From the NCBI RefSeq assembly GCF_001194135.2, contig NC_068981.1, positions 10,481,778-10,545,777 on the forward strand: DNA of 64,000 nucleotides, given 5' to 3'. The notes beneath the pieces are model-generated. The model was given only the letters and a program-made list of their open reading frames with translations, was not told the origin of the DNA and searched no databases. The DNA is from Octopus bimaculoides (Eukaryota). This document shows, piece after piece, positions 49,989 through 63,010 of the stretch (position 1 is its first letter; each line of letters opens with the position of its first letter). The translations under genes were made by a program, and so were the position numbers.

Positions 49989-51268
49989 GCAACTGGATCC
50001 TCATCACCAAAACCAACAAAGGAATATCCATCCATGCTTTCACAAATTAAAGAAGAATTACTCTATTGCTAAGATGATGGTAAATTTCAAGTGAAGTCTT
50101 ACCAGTAGAAACATTTATTTTAACAACACAAAATGGAAAACAACGAAGGGTAAAGATTTTAGAGTTTTCATTATAAACACACATTTTGCAGGTATTTTCA
50201 CAGGTTGAATCTTTCCAGCTCAGTTTTTTTTCCCAAACTTCACTTCTGTTGCAACAAATTTTAATCAGTGTTATTCAAATATTTCAAGACAGTAACATAA
50301 CATTTAATTTTACTTTGAATGACTTTATGCAAAATAATTGTTCTCAATTTTCATACACTTCTAATGTCACTAAGACAATATTGCCAAAAAAAGCATTTAG
50401 TCCTTTAACACACACATACACACAATGAAAAATCATAGTTATATAAACATTCCCGTCTAATTTCCGAGTGTGCCTTCTGAGTTAACTTGATTACAAGTAA
50501 TCATATCAGAGTCTTAGTTCATAAGCTACATCTTGCAGATGTCCAGGCTGGGTACTAACCACAATCTCACCGGTCTGAGCAAGCCTGGAAAGGTCAGAGC
50601 ACTGCCCCATCTCGAAGTAACTTATATATAAATATTCCCATGCAGGTGGCACATAAAAAGCACCCACTACACTCTCGGAGTGGTTGGCGTTAGGAAGGGC
50701 ATACAGTTGTAGAAACACTACCAGATCAGATTGGAGCCTGGTTGGCTTCTCAGACGCCAGTCAAACCGTCCAACCCATGCCAGCATGGAAAACGGACGTT
50801 AAAAGATGATGATGATTTTGGAATTTGCTTGAAGCACTACAAAAGCAATAAAAAAAACCTTTAAGCAATGCAAGCAAGGATTTAGGCAAAATAATTAGGT
50901 GATGACAATGGATAAAAACTAAAAGAAGAAATTGTATTATCTTACTTAGATCGTTTAATGCTTCTATCATATTTTGCAAAAGATTCCTCTTATCAAATAT
51001 ATAAATATTACAAAAAAAAAAAAAGAAAGAAAATCCTATTAACTCTAATGAAATTACTTATAGATCAGAGAGATTTCACAAGACCATTTGAGCATGAAGC
51101 TCTCAAAAGACCCTCAACTAACTCCCACACCTCCCCAACATGTAGAAAAAACCCCATAAAGTAGTCGAACAACCTGCTATAAAGCATTCAATTCTTACTG
51201 GTTTGAGAAGATTGATAACAACAATAAACAGGAGACTAAGTTTAAAGGGATTAAATAAGACAACTCAC

Positions 51269-51422
51269 CAATTCCACTGATTTGTTGTAAACTAACACAA
51301 ACTCTTTCGAAAGAGTTATTTCCTCTATTCGAAAAGAGGTTCCGACAAAACTCAACTGACGAGCTATATACATGCCTCGTAGTTTCATATCCATAGCTAC
51401 AAGTTCCATAGCACCAACACCA
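51269..51422 (-). CDS. SBNO1: SBNO1 exon: [51 protein letters not shown]
   Basis: 154 nt, AG/GTGAGT. Confidence 0.96.
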
Positions 51423-51715
51423 CTAGAAAACAAAATGTAGATATTTTAGATCACTTTTTACATTATATATACATACATACACACATGTACATGTATGTAT
51501 GTATATACACACTCCACACAAACTTGAAAGCATCTTGTACATTGTCTACGCAATGTAAAATAACAGTATTTGGAACACAAAGCAATAAATATATCTAACT
51601 TGCACCAATTTTTGAAAATGATTCACCTTCAAATGTTGGGTATTACCTGCATAATAGCCTACATAGGGAAGCAAATATAACTTTCATTTAGTGTATAACA
51701 TTCATTCAAACGTAC

Positions 51716-51821
51716 CGTCTCTCCACAGCCTGAATAAAATCATTGAATTCTTTAAATGGTGTACCATGACCCCATAATCCAAGCCGTGTCATGTACGCCA
51801 TATTTTTTGGTTCGGATGCAC
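51716..51821 (-). CDS. SBNO1: SBNO1 exon: [35 protein letters not shown]
   Basis: 106 nt, AG/GT. Confidence 0.96.
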
Positions 51822-52269
51822 CTAGGGTTCAAAAACAAAGTAGAAAACTTTTTAAAAAACACATCAAAAACAAAACCTTCACTTAAAAATACTTCTGAAA
51901 AATATTCAGAAAATATTGAACATTCTCCATATTCACAAATATGAGTTGGCATACACATCACACGTAGATACTAAGCCATATCAAAAACAAGACTGTCAAT
52001 CTAATAAACAGGAATTCACCAACAAACACTTATAACCTTCCTATTTCCACTTCAATGGTACAATGGTTTTTGTTCTGGTGAATTTATTAACCATACAACA
52101 TCTTAGACTTAGTTCTCATCCCATTCCTTTCACTGTCTTATACGTGTCTCTGCCCAACATCAAACTGATATTAACTGACTTAATACCATATAGTTATATT
52201 TAATCACTACATGGATGAGAGCCTGAACAGGCTGCAATTACTGTTATAGTTGTATTTCCTGGAGATAAC

Positions 52270-52893
52270 TAATGAAAATATAAATGTTAAATGTCGTAAA
52301 CACTGGCTTGGTAAAAGGGAAAAAGCTCAACCACAACCGAGAAGGGAACTTCATGGGAAAAAGGTTCTTCTCTCTATCTGGTGGGATTGCAAAGGAGTAA
52401 TTCACTTTGAATTGTTACCACCTAATGCAACAATCAATGTTCAAGTCTACTGTCAGCAATTAGAGCGTTTGAAGAAAAAAGACCTGCTTTAGTGAATTGA
52501 AAAGGAGTGATGTTTTATCAGGACAATGCGCGACCCCACACTGCAAAGATCACATCACAGAAGATCGAAGAGCTAGGTTGGGAAAATATTCCTCATCCAC
52601 CGTATTCTCCTGACCTTGCTCCTTCAGATTACCATTTGTTTCCTAGTTTACAGAATCACTTGGGGGACATAACTTTGGCAAGCCAGGAGGAGGTCGAAAC
52701 TGACATTCCAGAGTTCTTCGCTTTGAAACCAAAAGAGTTTTACATTGACAGGATTAAAAAGCTCGTAAATAGATGGAAGGAAGTCATAGATAATGAGAGA
52801 AAGTACATTGATGATTAAATTTCAATTAAATATAACATTTGATCACTTGTTTTCTTCATTCAAAATTCGGACAGCACTTATGGGATGACCTGA
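52270..52893 (+). pseudogene. Mariner transposase relic (catalytic half) with right TIR
   Basis: KKVLLSIWWDCKGVIHFELL; FYQDNARPH; HPPYSPDLAPSDYHLF (D,D34D mariner signature); ends ttatgggatgacctga-TA. Confidence 0.92.
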
Positions 52894-53303
52894 TAGTAAA
52901 CTGAAAACAAGGTAACAACCTGTTCATCTAACACTGTCCATTTCATCAGTAAATATTTTAGTTTTATTACATTGTTTTCAAGCTCACTCTCTCTCCAAAC
53001 TAACTACAAAAAACTCACAATTTTTTCATGTAGCTTACATTATCTATTCCATCATATTTATCTCTTACTGACATTAATTAGTCAAAATATAACCACAATA
53101 CCTAAAATTGACAAAGGAAGTGGCACTGAGCCAATTAAGAAAATGCTAGCATCTGATTGGTACTTATTTTAATTTTATCAGTCTCAAAGGACAAAGCTAA
53201 CAATGGGTTAATGTCACTAAACACTTTGCTATCAATTTTGCTGTTTGTAACAGTTTTTAATCAAAAGTGGAACACAAATATCAGATCAGAAAAACAAACT
53301 TAC

Positions 53304-53439
53304 CAGTTGCACTAGCATATATAACTCTAGATTTGGGAAGTTTGTTCTGTAGTTCAAGTACTGTCTGTCCCGTTTTGGTTGGTTTACTAGAACCAACAGG
53401 ACACAAATTTTTGGCCCTGTGGCATTCATCAAAAACAAT
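53304..53439 (-). CDS. SBNO1: SBNO1 exon: [46 protein letters not shown] (DECH and SAT motifs)
   Basis: 136 nt, donor GTAAGT. Confidence 0.97.
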
Positions 53440-54303
53440 CTAAGGAAACAAAGTTAAGGAAATTAATACCTTCATAGCTTTTACCTGAAGAAGAAACAGA
53501 GTAAAATAAGTGATGAGGTTTATTTTTTTCCTTTCTTTCACAAAGAAAAATTAACCCATAAAGTGCTGGGATTTGCACTTACATAGTATGGACTGCCGAA
53601 CACATTTAATGAAAATGAAACTACCATGCACACATAAAAAACAAAAAATAGTTTAATTATCTTCTTAGTATATAATGGTGGCAAGTTTTACATCATCTGA
53701 AAAGTCATTAGTGGAACTATTAGTCCTCTTGCATTCTGGTGGGTATTGGAGCATCTGAGTGACATTAGACCCCAACAACTGCCCATAAATTAAATGCATC
53801 TATCTGGGCCACGATCGTGACCCATCGCGCTTTATGTGTTAAGTAAATTTGTTGGGGAAATCATATACCATCTAAGATATTGTTTTATCTTTTACTTGTT
53901 TCAGTTATTAGGCTGAGACCATGCTGGGGCACTGCCTTAAATTTTTAGCTGAATGAAATGACCTTAGCTTGGAACTTATTTTATCAGTTTCCTTTGCCGA
54001 ACCCCTAAGTTATTGGGACGTAAACACAACAACACCAGTTGTTAAGCAGCGGTGGGAGACATACACACACACATATATATGCGATGGGCCTTTCAGTTTC
54101 CATCAACCAAAACCACTCACAAGGCTTTGGTCAGCCCAAGGTGTCATGCAGGGGAACTGAACCTGGAACCATGTGGTTGGGAAGCAAGCTTCTTACCACA
54201 GCCACACCTGCACATTTATAAATAAAAGTTCCATCTAATCCTTTGGTTCAAATTAAATTTATGACAAAATTAGAAATATCTGTGTTCTTTAAGAAAAGGA
54301 TAC
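53440..54303 (-). other. SBNO1: U12-type (minor spliceosome) GT-AG intron of SBNO1
   Basis: 5'ss GTATCCTTT; branch site TTCCTTAAC at 53453-53461, ending 11 nt before the AG. Confidence 0.9.
53885..54212 (-). mobile_element. SINE family A inside the U12 intron
   Basis: Family sequence. Confidence 0.8.
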
Positions 54304-54465
54304 AACACCATCAAAATCTTCACCACACCATCTTAGAATTTGTTTCAACCGGGTTTTATATTTTCCATCAGACTGGCTTTCACCAATCAATGAGGAATAT
54401 GTAGCAAATATTACACCTTTCTTCACACTACCATTTTCTTTTGATGAAATCTTTGCATACTTGAA
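54304..54465 (-). CDS. SBNO1: SBNO1 exon: [54 protein letters not shown]
   Basis: 162 nt; donor is GTATCCTTT (U12-type). Confidence 0.96.
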
Positions 54466-54778
54466 CTAAAAAACAAAGAACAAAGAAAGTTAGAAGATTT
54501 TGCAAGCTGCATGAAAATACATTGTAATGTTTAAAAGATTAAAATCTAAAAGCATAAAACTTGGAGAGAAAACAAACAGTTCAAAAACAAAATACTAAGT
54601 AAAATACCACATTTATAAGTTGCACTATTTTATACTTGATTTTAACAGAGAAAAGTGGAATGCGACTTAGACATGGAGCAGCAAAGCTAACAGGAAACTT
54701 GAAGGAAAAAAATCATGTACTAAGGCTTAATCATCATCATCATTTAGTGTCTGTTTTCCATGCTGGTATGGGTTAGAT

Positions 54779-54930
54779 CAGGGGGTCACCAAACTCTTTC
54801 AACCATTGATCCCCTATAGCCACTTCTCCGTCCACATCAACCCCCTTTGGCCACTTCTCCTTCTGCAACAACAAAACTCCTCATTTAAAATACCTTAATA
54901 CCCTACCCTACCCTACCCTATCTTGATATG
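54779..54930. mobile_element. hAT (Charlie-like) MITE fragment; related right end at ~36590-36688
   Basis: Terminal cagggg(g)tc(a/g)ccaaact; shared gccacttctccttctgca and (ccta)n body. Confidence 0.6.
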
Positions 54931-55869
54931 ACGATGGTGATATTGATGATGGCATATTTAAACAGAAAAACACACACCGATATTGATGTATTGGTCTTGT
55001 GTATACAGTTCACTTTGCAACCAAATGGTCTAGAGTTCTATCTCACTTGGTGTGACCTTAGACAGGTGTAGTCTTGGCTGACTAGTGCCATGTGAGCAGA
55101 ACTGATAGACAGAACAAACTGTATGGAAGCCCATAGTCACTGTTATTATCCTCATTATTTCAATGTCCACTTTTCCATGGTTGCATGGATTAGATGAAAC
55201 TTGTCAAGGAGGATTTTCTACAACTGGATGATCTTTGCGGTTCCCAAAAAAGAAACATTCCTCCTAGTTCTTCAAACACAAAAGCTCAATGGCCGGACAT
55301 GTCTTTGGGGAAGATTACAGATATATGTATGAACAGAAACTTTGATCAGTGTACAAATGTCAAGAAAAGGTGCCATACACACACACACGCACGTGTTTTT
55401 GAGTGTATGGCTGTGACCTCACAGCTTCTGTCTACCAAGTTCACAAATAAGGCATTGGCCAGCCTCAGGGTATAGTACAGTAAACTTTCTCAAAATGCCT
55501 CATAGTGGAACTGGAACAGAAACCTCAGACGTTGGAGAGGACAGGGACACATGCAGTTACACATGTGCATGCCCCATGTATGTTAACGTGAATGTTTACA
55601 TTCTGCATCTTTGCATGATGCTAAAAAAAAAAAATCTGTTTGCATTCCATGTCAGTACAACATCCTCTCACTCTGCACTCTAAGGTAAGCAGAATAAAAC
55701 AAAAAAATCCCTTGAAGAACTGTTAAGGATTAGTGACGAAAAGGACATTCTGTTGCAAAACCATACCTCAATAATATATATCCATCCAACCAATGCTAAC
55801 ATAGATAAACAGACAAAGTTATCAAATAAACGGACAAACTAAGAGTCATTACAAATTACAGGAGTTTAC

Positions 55870-55960
55870 CTTATTTAATGGATGGACTTCTATCTTTGAG
55901 GCTCCGATATCTTTTAGATCTCTCTCAGCATCGACTTTCAAGTCATTAGAGACACTGAAC
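55870..55960 (-). CDS. SBNO1: SBNO1 exon: [30 protein letters not shown]
   Basis: AG/GT, 91 nt, not in ORF track; translated by hand. Confidence 0.95.
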
Positions 55961-56097
55961 CTGTTAATAACAAAAGGCATCCATTTATTTCAGAAACCAA
56001 TTTAGCAATAAACTAAGATCATTCAAGAAAATATATTAAGTGCAAAGTGAGATATGTGCATATGCAAAGAGAAAATAGCTGCAGAAATTTCACATAC

Positions 56098-56182
56098 CAA
56101 AGTGCACGTTTTCTGCCTTGCAAATAATTTTCAAAAATAATTCCAGCAACTGTTCGGCCTTTTCCAACACCAGCCCCATCAC
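56098..56182 (-). CDS. SBNO1: SBNO1 exon: [28 protein letters not shown] (Walker A)
   Basis: ttttcag / GTATGT; 85 nt; P-loop. Confidence 0.97.
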
Positions 56183-56299
56183 CTGAAAAGTAAGTTAAAG
56201 ACAAATAATAAACTTCATAAATTCAGACAAAATTAAAAAACTCCAGCCAAATAACTGGGCTTCTCAAACTTTATTACAATGGAGCTTATATAAATATTC

Positions 56300-56678
56300 T
56301 TTTATTCTTTTACTTGTTTCAGTCATTTGACTGCGGCCATGCTGGAGCACTGCCTTTAGTAGAACAAATCGCCCCCCACCCTGCAGGACTTATTCTGTCG
56401 GTCTCTTTTGCCAAACCACTAAGTTACGGGGATGTAAACATACCAGCATCGGTTATCAAGAGAGGGAGGGGTGACAAATACAGACACACACATATATATA
56501 TATATATATATACATGATGGGCTTCTTTCAGTTTCTGTCTACCAAATCCACTCACAAGGCTTTGGTCGGCCCGAGGCTATAGTAGAAGACACTTGCCCAA
56601 GGTGCCACGCAGTGGGGCTGAACCCAGAACCATGTGGTTGAGAAGCAAACTTCTTACCACACAGCCAGTCCTGCGCCT
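56300..56678 (-). mobile_element. SINE family A, full length
   Basis: Family sequence. Confidence 0.85.
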
Positions 56679-57299
56679 GTCTATGTATGTAACTGAAATA
56701 ATACCAGCTTTTTTGTCACTGCACATCATACACCCTTGTATGTGAACCATACTTCACAGCACCTTTTAAACCATCCATCTCTCTGAAGGAATGAAATAGG
56801 GGGAGAGAGGGGGAAGGGATATTGTGTACTGGTACAAGAGAGTATCATCTTTTCTATCTGCTGCATCTCTGTATAATATTTTAACCCCCACCAGGTGGCA
56901 CCAAAATATGTCAGCTGGCCCTGGTATTCAACCAAAGAGCTACTACATGATTACTCAATCCACTGGAAATAGCAATTAAATCTCCCTCAAATCACACACT
57001 ACCACTTTAGATTCAAGTATATACTGGACAATGTGATTCCTGATACAAAAAAAACAATGGTCAGAATTGGAATGCCTTTTATCACAGGCCTACTCATTCA
57101 GAAATTATCAATAGTTAAACACCAGTCACCTTTACTGCAAGCCAAGGTATGGTTACTATACATCTACTAGACAAGGCAGGTAAATTTCCCTCAAGTGCAC
57201 TCATCATTTACACTGGGTTACACTGTATTAAGTTCCTGTATATTCCTATACTGCACATCAAGCGTATCGTAGGATTTCTCATATAGCAGTTTTGAATCC

Positions 57300-57560
57300 T
57301 TTCATGCTAATTTGTTAAGTATATTTGAAGAGTTTCGATTCTAGAATCTGCTTCCATATTTTGGAACTTTTATCTTAATTCTTTGACTGAGTGGGCTATG
57401 AGAAGCACATCATCAGCATACTGGAGTTCTTGTGGAGAGCCAGTCTTAAATTCCTGTTATGGCCTTGAGAACTACATAAAACGGGAAGAGTGTAAACAAG
57501 GCTCTTGTGGACACACAGCTGCATACTAAATTCTTTACTGTACTCATTGCTGACTGACAG
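57300..57560 (-). mobile_element. Degenerate RTE RT fragment
   Basis: Frameshifted NEYSKEF..VH..S, EFKTG.P.ELQYADDVLLIA (YADD-type) remnants. Confidence 0.65.
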
Positions 57561-58664
57561 TAAATTGGTCTATACTCAGCTGACCATTTATCTATAATTA
57601 GTTTTCTTAGTGACCGATGACAGTACCCGTTGAGTGGCTCTTATGCCAGTGGCACATAAAAAGCACCATCCGAACGTGGTCAATGCCAGTACCCACTGAC
57701 TGGCCCCCATGCCAGTGGCACGTAAAAAGCGCTATCCGAACATGATCGATGCCAGGCCTGCTTGACTGGTTCCTGTGCCGGTGGCACATAAAAAGCACCC
57801 ACTACACTCTCGGAGTGGTTGGCGTTAGGAAGGGCATCCAGCTGTAGAAACATTGCCAGATCAGACTGGAGCCTGGTGCAGCCACTGGCTCTCCAGACCA
57901 CAGTCAAACCGTCCAACCCATGCCGGCATGGAAAGCGGACGTTAAATGATGATGCTGATCAGACTACAACGTGATTGCTTCTCCTGGTCAATAAATACTA
58001 AGCATTACATTACGAATTAAAAGCAGCTCTAGTAATGTAAACATTATCACTTACACACGCATAGTTTACATGCTTTGTTTACACATCCATTTGCAACAGG
58101 ATAGTATCCAGGGAAAGCTCCCTACATGACGTCTTAAAGAACACCAAGTGTCCCTGACCAGGTGAGACAACTTGCCCCAAAGTGATCAAGAATGGTAGAT
58201 ACCAATACTTCACCATTATTACAGCTTATCAATACCGTGTTCTCGGATCACCCCAAAACAAAATGAATTGCTGGCCTCGGATTTATATGCAAATATTATA
58301 GGTATACTGATTTGCTGTAGGCTAAGAATTTCTGAAACACCTGCCTCATTACAAGGTTCTTTTTTAAAAAATATAACTGGTTGGAAGAACACAAACAAGA
58401 ATGGAGTAACAAATTAGTAAAACCAATCTAAAGGTGGTTCAATAGTCAGTAACTTCAGCTGATCTTACAAAATCATATGTTCAAGTGAAAATACTGACTT
58501 TCTTTAATTTTTAGTACACTGATATATAAAAGAAAAAGCTTTATAATTTTAGTAAAACACGAAAGATTTTAGCAGTTTTGACAAGAGAGTGATGCAAAGA
58601 ATAAATAGTAAATTACTCAGTAGTAATAGATGGGGAATGTTTGTACAGACTATTTTATACATAC

Positions 58665-58874
58665 CAATAAGGAATCCAGCCCGATCTCCACTTGGCATGA
58701 TGGTGTCATGGCGTTGACAGGCGTATGTAATTGATTCTAACTGAAGGGCTGATAACTGGCCAGTGTCTATAGTTGAGTCAGGAAGATGAACTTTGTACCG
58801 CACATTTGGAGGTTCCACACTGGATAAAGAACTTGATTCGACCACAGCATCGGGGTGTTTTTCACCAATACGTA
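58665..58874 (-). CDS. SBNO1: SBNO1 exon: [23 protein letters not shown]...[31 protein letters not shown]
   Basis: AG/GT flanks, 210 nt, conserved HPD.VVE and LSALQLE motifs. Confidence 0.96.
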
Positions 58875-59029
58875 CTACAAGAATAAATAATCGAGTGAAA
58901 TGGCTAGTGGAATTACGTGTTGATATTCTTGGAAATATAATTACACATTTCAAGAGGAAAAAACAAATTATTACAAACACAAGAGACAATTACTTTGAAA
59001 TGAATAAATAACAAAATAAGGATACATAC

Positions 59030-59195
59030 ATTTGGTTGGCATATATTCAGAATATGTTTCAGCTTGACCAAGTTCCTCAATCTCTTCTTCAACTTCTTCT
59101 TCTTCTGGTATGTTGTTATGATGATGATGGTGGTGATGGTGATGGTGGTGATGATGATAATGAGGTGTGCGAAGTGGCATATTGATCCCAGGAGC
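59030..59195 (-). CDS. SBNO1: SBNO1 exon (first visible): APGINMPLRTPHY-H13-NNIPEEEEVEEEIEELGQAETYSEYMPTK
   Basis: Acceptor tttgatag at 59196-7, donor GTATGT; ELGQAETYSEYMP matches EMGHAETYAEYMP of SBNO1. Confidence 0.85.
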
Positions 59196-59286
59196 CTATC
59201 AAATACATTTAAAAATGAAAAAACATAAGTATCATTATACTGCAATCACGAGACAAAAAAAGGTTGAGAATATGATTTAACTAAGG

Positions 59287-59614
59287 CAGGAGTTCTCAAC
59301 CATTTTTTTATCTATGGACCCCTTTGATTACTATTTTATTCTAGTGGACCCCACCCCCCATAGCCATTCAATGTTTAAAAACTAGTTTTACAGAAACTTC
59401 TTTCAAAATTCTCATTTTGTTTTTCATACATTAACTTGGATAGATTGAACTATGTAAAATGTTAGAGAAAGATACCTAGCTGTTTCTTGCAGTACATACA
59501 AATACAAACATCTAAAGCAAAATTTTTTCATGGGCCCTTCAAATACTATTGTAGATCCCCAAAAATCTTATATGGACCCTCAGTGGCCATATGGACCGGG
59601 GTTGCGAACCACTG
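59287..59614. mobile_element. hAT MITE, same family as 47375-47998
   Basis: TIR caggagttctcaacc / ggttgcgaaccactg; degenerate 8-bp TSD aactaagg / atctaagc; shared catagccattcaatgt body. Confidence 0.75.
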
Positions 59615-61759
59615 ATCTAAGCAGATGTTAAGAATACAATCTGAAAAACAAATCATGACTGCAAAGGGAGAATCACAATTTGTTTAATAAGTATCTAGAA
59701 TTTGTTTGTCTCTTCAAAAGCCCTTTGACAGACCCTATCAATGGTTATGTATGGTTGGAAATGTACAATTAATATTTATTTCTGATCATAAATTCTAGAA
59801 AGAATATAGTCATCTGTTAAATTTGAGAGTATTTTGTAAATGCACACAAGTCAAATAATGTAACACTCCTAAATAGACATGTCCCCTAGATTTTCCCATA
59901 AACAATGGTTTTCAACATCTTTTATATCTCTCATCCTTAAAAATTCTAAATAACACAGGCCATGAGATCTGTTTTTACTTTTGTTATTCTAGATGGATTT
60001 CCAATCATGCCAAACACTGATCTTGCCCTCATTTTAAAAAAACACCCCAAAAAGTTTTTATTTTTGTGCTCAGTTGACCAACAAATTCCAGTAAATTTCA
60101 GCTGTTATCATCATCATAGTTTAACGTCCGCTTTCCATGCTAGCATGGGTTGGACGATTTGACTGAGGACTGGCAAACCAGATGGCTGCACCATGCTCCA
60201 ATCTAATCTGGCAGAGTTTCTACAGCTAGATGCCCTTCCTAACGCCAACCACTCCGAGAGTGTAGTGGGTGCTCTTACGTGCCACCAGCACGAGGGCCAG
60301 TCTGGTGGTACAGACAACGGCCACGCTCAAATGATGTTTTTTACGTGCCACCTGCACAGGAGCCAGTCCAGCGGCACTGGCAACGACCTCGCTTGAATGT
60401 TTTTTTACGTGCCAGCAAAGCAACGCTGGTGACGATCACACTCAAATGGTGCTTTTTACATGCCACCAGCACGGAATCCAGACAGCTGCTCTGGCTGGCA
60501 ATGATCACGCTCGAGTGGTGCTGTTAGCACTCCACTGGCACGGGTACCAGACATCGAATCTAGTTCGATTTCGATTTCAGTTGCCTCAACTGGTCTTCGC
60601 AAGCAGAGTTTAGAGTTATCAATTTTCAAGAAAAGTTATCTAAATTTAGGGCTTCCAATGATAGCTGGGGGGGGGGGGGACGCATAAAGTTTTGGAGAGG
60701 GAGCTTGACTCATGGTATTTGCAGGGTCCTTGCGACCTGTGAGATTGATGTGATTCATGTTTGTGAACTGCAATTCGACAAATACTGGAGACATAGACAA
60801 GATGGGAACTCAAAGACTGGGATCTTCTATATGATCACACAACCTTTTAAAATAGCAGCCAAATCTCCTCTCAAATCACATTCTACTTTCTTGAAATAGA
60901 AAGGACATGTTGGATAATGTAATCCTATATAATGCTATTTCTGGGAAAAAAAACTGGATATTAAGGTTAAGTGCTTTGATAACAAATAGGTCTGTTAAAT
61001 TAGAGAAGACTTGGAGCTAAGACATAGAGGTATAAAAAAAAATGGGTTAAGATAGCAGAAATGCCAGAAATTATTGACAGAATATATAAAGGGATCTATT
61101 CAAAACGTTAAAATATTTCCTCTCATTTCAATAGCCTGTCTATTATTGCCTCCACTGATTCCTGCCCACACCAACTTCCACAATTCCTAGATTATAGCGT
61201 TATGTTACATTATTTACTTCAACCAATTGATAATGAATCAGATAAAGTGGTATCACTTTAACATTAATGACATCTCCAACTATACATAATGACACACAGC
61301 TTGTTAGGACACTTCTGAAACACTCAGAACAACCATATCCTAGTAATTTACAAATCTAAATAAAACTGGATTTCCATCAGTTTCAACAATTGGTATTTGG
61401 TTATTCGAATAGCACAACCACTCACACTCCTTGAATTAGCTTGTAACTGACCCTCAGTTGAGCAGGTATCTTGTAAAGTACTTGACCTCCCTAGTGCTGG
61501 TGCCACAGAAAAAAAAAAAAAATAGCAGACAACACACTCTGTAAAATGGTTGTTAGAAAGAGAAATGGCATCAATCAATAGAAACCATGTCAAAGCAGAC
61601 ATTGGTGCTTGGCACAGTCCTCTAGATTGTCAAACCATCCAACGCATGCCAGAATGGAAAACAGACATTAAATGGTGATGGCAATCATTCCATAAACACT
61701 GATACCCTCGTGATTCTCAGGTAGAATCAGCATGACTGTGGCAAGGTTTCTGCTGTTAA

Positions 61760-61960
61760 CTCTTTTGCATTCTCATTCCACATGAAATACACATCTCATG
61801 CTTCAACTGACTAATTTTGTTCATTAACTGATATATTAATTTGATGTCTGAAACACAGAAATGAGGAACGGTCTTACAGAAAATTATGATAGATGGTTTT
61901 ACTATTGACAGTTTTATAAAAGAAACAGAGGGAATTTCAGGTAGGTTAGTATCAAAAGAG
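61760..61960. mobile_element. TTAA-flanked MITE (related fragment ~34075-34180)
   Basis: TTAA|ctcttttg ... caaaagag|TTAA. Confidence 0.7.
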
Positions 61961-62576
61961 TTAAATTACAGGTACAATCTGACAAACTTTCAGTTTCTCT
62001 CTGTCCAATTTCATTGATAAGACTTGGCCTGATCCAAGAATATGCAAATCTATTAGATCTAATAAATAAATCTAACATTCAGTTAAATGGACAAGATAGG
62101 CTCATCAAACCTATATCATCATGAAGTAACACACAGTGAATTTTAAACATTGTCATTTTGTTAATTTCATATAAATTTATCAAAATTTTCACATGGGACG
62201 GGCAGTTTAATAGGAGCTGCATCAGACCCCATTGTCTGGTTTGGCAAGGTTTCTACAGCGGGATGCCCTTCCTAACACCAACCAATTTATTACACGGTAT
62301 ACTGGGTACGTTTTACATAATACCAGCACCAGTACTTTTTATGTGACACCAGAACCAGTAAAATCATCAAGAAACTGACCAAGAGGGAGCATAGTATTGA
62401 GGGAGGTGGCTTTGTGCCAGTTGAGAAGTTGAAGTGTAATATGGGAATAGAGATAAGTGTCTTGCTATTATAGAGGAAATACTTGACTGCTCCAGTTGGA
62501 AATCAACAGTTTTAGAGCCATAAGCAAGCACTGTGTGGTAAATAATCAGATTATGAGTAACCATTCTCATATTAAC

Positions 62577-63010
62577 CCATCATCATCCATCATTTTGAAT
62601 CCAGGTTTTGTCCCTGTTAACAGGGGTGGCTGGATCTACCTCAATACCATTGCAAACGCCCTCACACCATCTCGCCCAGTTTTGGGCATCCTCCCTTCTC
62701 AAGCCAACCCTCCTAATCTCCTCCTCCATCTGTCCCCTCCACATTTTCCTCGGTCTACCTTGCTTTCGCTGTCCTTTTACCTGAAACTCTAGCACCTTCC
62801 TCAGAACATGCTCCTCATCCCTCCTTAACACATGCCCATACCACTGCACTTCATTCGCCATTGCCAACTGTTCCACTGATTCCTCCAACCCCAGCATCCC
62901 CATCGAGTCCTCAGTCCTCCGCTTATCAAACAGCCTGATGCCACACATTTCTCTCTCAGTCCTTCTCAAAATTGCCATTTCTCTCTCTCTCTCTCTTTCA
63001 AACACCATGT
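62577..63010 (-). mobile_element. RTE LINE 3' end
   Basis: ORF 62583-63008: WYGHVLRRDEEHVLRKVLEFQVKGQRKQGRPRKMW..W, ending in a GAT-repeat tail. Confidence 0.88.

Larger units (their letters stand above)
24330..59195 (-). other. SBNO1: Strawberry notch homolog gene span (27 coding exons, 3573 nt, 1190 aa visible; N-terminus likely upstream)
   Basis: All exon phases chain without frameshift; P-loop [17 protein letters not shown], and helicase-C motifs [30 protein letters not shown] match SBNO/sno SF2-helicase-like proteins. Confidence 0.97.
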
